Part shown: positions 61,943-64,000 of the stretch, piece by piece
How positions within the stretch are numbered: position 1 is the first letter of the stretch
Layout of the letters: each line of letters begins with the position of its first letter
Assembly (NCBI GenBank): GCA_049314515.1
Contig: JBMOEY010000001.1
Location: 23,907 to 87,906 of the forward strand
Direction of reading: 5' to 3'
Source: Microbacteriaceae bacterium
GTDB taxonomy: Bacteria > Actinomycetota > Actinomycetes > Actinomycetales > Microbacteriaceae
DNA: 64,000 nt
Program-made: the position numbers and the translations under genes
The notes under the pieces: model-generated
Told to the model about the DNA's origin: nothing
The model's database searches: none
Seen by the model: only the letters and a program-made list of their open reading frames with translations

Positions 61943-64000
61943 TTAGGCAACAAGACTGCGCAACACGTATTGCAGAATCCCGCCATTGCGGAAGTAGTCG
62001 GCCTCACCCGGCGTGTCAATGCGTACCAACGCGTCAAACTCAACGACCTTTTTTCCTGGTGCTGAATGCTCGCTCGGGACCGCCGTGACATGAACGGTTT
62101 TCGGCGTCACTCCCTGATTAAGCTGATCGACGCCGTCAATCGACACCACTTCAGTGCCGTCGAGTCCCAGTGATGCCCACGTTTCGCCGGCCGGGAACTG
62201 CAATGGCAGAACACCCATGCCAATCAGGTTGGAACGATGAATGCGCTCGAAGCTCTGCGTGATGACGGCCTTGACGCCCAGCAAACTCGTGCCTTTCGCG
62301 GCCCAGTCTCGCGATGAGCCAGATCCGTACTCTGCTCCGGCAAAGATCACGAGCGGCGTCCCCGCCGCCTGGTAATTGACACTGGCGTCGTAGATGAACG
62401 CTTGCGGTGCATCCGTCTTGCTGAAGTCACGCGTGTAACCACCCTCGATCCCGTCGAGAAGTTGATTCTTCAGACGGATGTTCGCGAAAGTTCCTCGAAT
62501 CATGACCTCGTGGTTACCGCGTCGGGATCCATAAGAGTTGTAGTCCGCCCGCGAGACACCATGCTCATCGAGGTATTGACCGGCGGGCGTTCCAGCCTTG
62601 ATATTTCCAGCAGGCGAAATGTGATCGGTCGTCACCGAGTCACCTAGAGTCGCGAGCACGCGGGCGCCGGCAATGTTCGTCACCGGGGTGGTTTCCATCA
62701 CCATGCCATCGAAATACGGTGGCTTCCGCACGTAGGTCGAATTCGCATCCCATGCGAACGTATCTCCCGTTGGCGTCGGAAGTCCCCGCCAGCGTTCATC
62801 GCCATCAAAGACACCCGCGTATTCGTGCGTGAACATCTCTCGATCAATCGAGGAGTCGATTGTTTTCGCAACCTCGGACGCATCCGGCCAGATGTCTTTC
62901 AAGAAGACCGGGTTACCCTCGTTGTCGTCGCCGAGTGATTCGGTTTCGAAGTCAAAATCCATCGACCCAGCCAGAGCGTAGGCAATCACGAGCGGAGGAC
63001 TCGCCAAATAGTTCATCTTGACGTCCGGATTGATCCGGCCCTCGAAATTTCTATTTCCCGAGAGCACTGCAGTGACCGAAAGATCGTTCGAGTTGACCGC
63101 CGCGGAAACTTCCTCGGGCAATGGGCCGGAGTTGCCGATGCAGGTCATGCAACCGTAACCGACAGGATAGAAGCCAATGGCGTCAAGGTATTCGGTCAAC
63201 CCCGACTTGTCGTAGTAGTCGGTGACAACCTTTGATCCGGGAGAAAGCGTGGTCTTGACCCACGGCTTCGACGTGAGCCCTTTCTTGGCCGCATTCCGCG
63301 CCAACAGGCCGGCAGCGATCATCACCGACGGGTTAGAAGTATTCGTACACGAGGTAATTGCGGCAATGGTGACCGCCCCGCTCTTGAGTTCAAACGGCTC
63401 TCCCCCGGCGATTGAGACGCGAGCCGGCGTACCCACAGTCTGCGCCTGGAGGTCCTTGTGGAACTGTTGCTTGGCCTTCGACAGCTCAATGCGGTCCTGG
63501 GGGCGCTTAGGACCAGAAATCGATGGAACGACCGTAGAGAGGTCGAGTTCAAGATGTTCGCTAAAGTTCGGCTCACTAGACGGGTCGAACCAGAGGCCCT
63601 GTTCCTTCGCATACGCTTCGATAAGGGCAATGTGGTCTTCGCTTCGACCCGTGAGTCGCAGATAGTCCAAAGTCACGTCATCTACGGGGAACATCGCGGC
63701 TGTTGATCCAAACTCGGGGCTCATGTTGCCGATGGTCGCGCGGTTCGCCAACGGCACCGAAGAAACGCCGGGACCATAAAACTCAACGAACTTTCCAACA
63801 ACCTTGTGCGCACGAAGCATTTCAGTGATCGTGAGAACGACGTCCGTCGCCGTCACTCCTGCTGGAATCGATCCGGAGAGCTTGAATCCGACGACCTTGG
63901 GAATCAACATCGATACCGGCTGTCCCAGCATCGCGGCCTCGGCTTCGATGCCACCGACACCCCAGCCCAGCACTCCAAGACCATTAACCATGGTGGTGTG
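61943..64000 (-). CDS. acnA: aconitate hydratase A, 5'-truncated by the window edge
   Basis: The reading frame is open to position 64000 ([28 protein letters not shown]). It contains [10 protein letters not shown] and CMTCIGNSG, and the swivel domain [16 protein letters not shown]. Confidence 0.97.
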   Translation of the reverse strand, partial: HTTMVNGLGVLGWGVGGIEAEAAMLGQPVSMLIPKVVGFKLSGSIPAGVTATDVVLTITEMLRAHKVVGKFVEFYGPGVSSVPLANRATIGNMSPEFGSTAAMFPVDDVTLDYLRLTGRSEDHIALIEAYAKEQGLWFDPSSEPNFSEHLELDLSTVVPSISGPKRPQDRIELSKAKQQFHKDLQAQTVGTPARVSIAGGEPFELKSGAVTIAAITSCTNTSNPSVMIAAGLLARNAAKKGLTSKPWVKTTLSPGSKVVTDYYDKSGLTEYLDAIGFYPVGYGCMTCIGNSGPLPEEVSAAVNSNDLSVTAVLSGNRNFEGRINPDVKMNYLASPPLVIAYALAGSMDFDFETESLGDDNEGNPVFLKDIWPDASEVAKTIDSSIDREMFTHEYAGVFDGDERWRGLPTPTGDTFAWDANSTYVRKPPYFDGMVMETTPVTNIAGARVLATLGDSVTTDHISPAGNIKAGTPAGQYLDEHGVSRADYNSYGSRRGNHEVMIRGTFANIRLKNQLLDGIEGGYTRDFSKTDAPQAFIYDASVNYQAAGTPLVIFAGAEYGSGSSRDWAAKGTSLLGVKAVITQSFERIHRSNLIGMGVLPLQFPAGETWASLGLDGTEVVSIDGVDQLNQGVTPKTVHVTAVPSEHSAPGKKVVEFDALVRIDTPGEADYFRNGGILQYVLRSLVA

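Overview
This window is a tightly packed, almost entirely housekeeping chromosomal segment. Protein sequences and gene order indicate a moderately high-GC actinobacterium, resembling Micrococcales/Microbacteriaceae. About 60 intact CDS and 4 tRNA genes are supported.

Gene order, mostly on the minus strand:
- trpE(partial)-hisI-hisF-hisG-hisE
- rpe, rsmB-fmt-priA, metK, coaBC, rpoZ
- a fused mIHF::gmk ORF
- pyrF-carB-carA-(membrane protein)-pyrC-pyrB-pyrR
- nusB-efp
- aroQ-aroB-aroK-aroC-aroE-mltG-ruvX-alaS
- rpsD, rarA
- plus strand: cyclophilin, DUF349 protein, an orphan AbiEi-like ORF
- relA, secF-secD-yajC, ruvBAC, yebC, pdxT-pdxS, HIT protein, thrS
- a tRNA cluster: Val-Cys-Gly, with a divergent second Val
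- two tandem amt paralogs, zapE
- plus strand: rhodanese-SufE-RibD_C-like, DUF3000-rnd, fadA-fadB
- dxs and acnA(partial)

Many neighbouring genes overlap by 1-14 bp (ATGA/GTGA type), which suggests translational coupling.

I recognise no transposase, integrase, CRISPR array, restriction-modification or defence genes. I did not find a convincing new multi-gene system, and the region looks like core genome.

The observations most worth a second look are modest:
- an in-frame mIHF-guanylate kinase fusion
- a PriA ORF with no canonical Walker A or DExH motif
- an exact 27-bp duplicate of the tRNA-Val 3' end lying 43 bp from the intact tRNA, just upstream of thrS
- tandem amt paralogs with no glnK, carrying GlnR-type boxes (gTnAc-n6-GaAAc) and stacked hairpins in their upstream regions
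- an 11-mer from the amt GlnR-box region that recurs in the zapE/rhodanese divergent promoter
- several junctions where genes conserved in other Actinobacteria (rib operon, pgsA/pimA, apt) are missing

All family assignments come from reading the translations. No database search was run.
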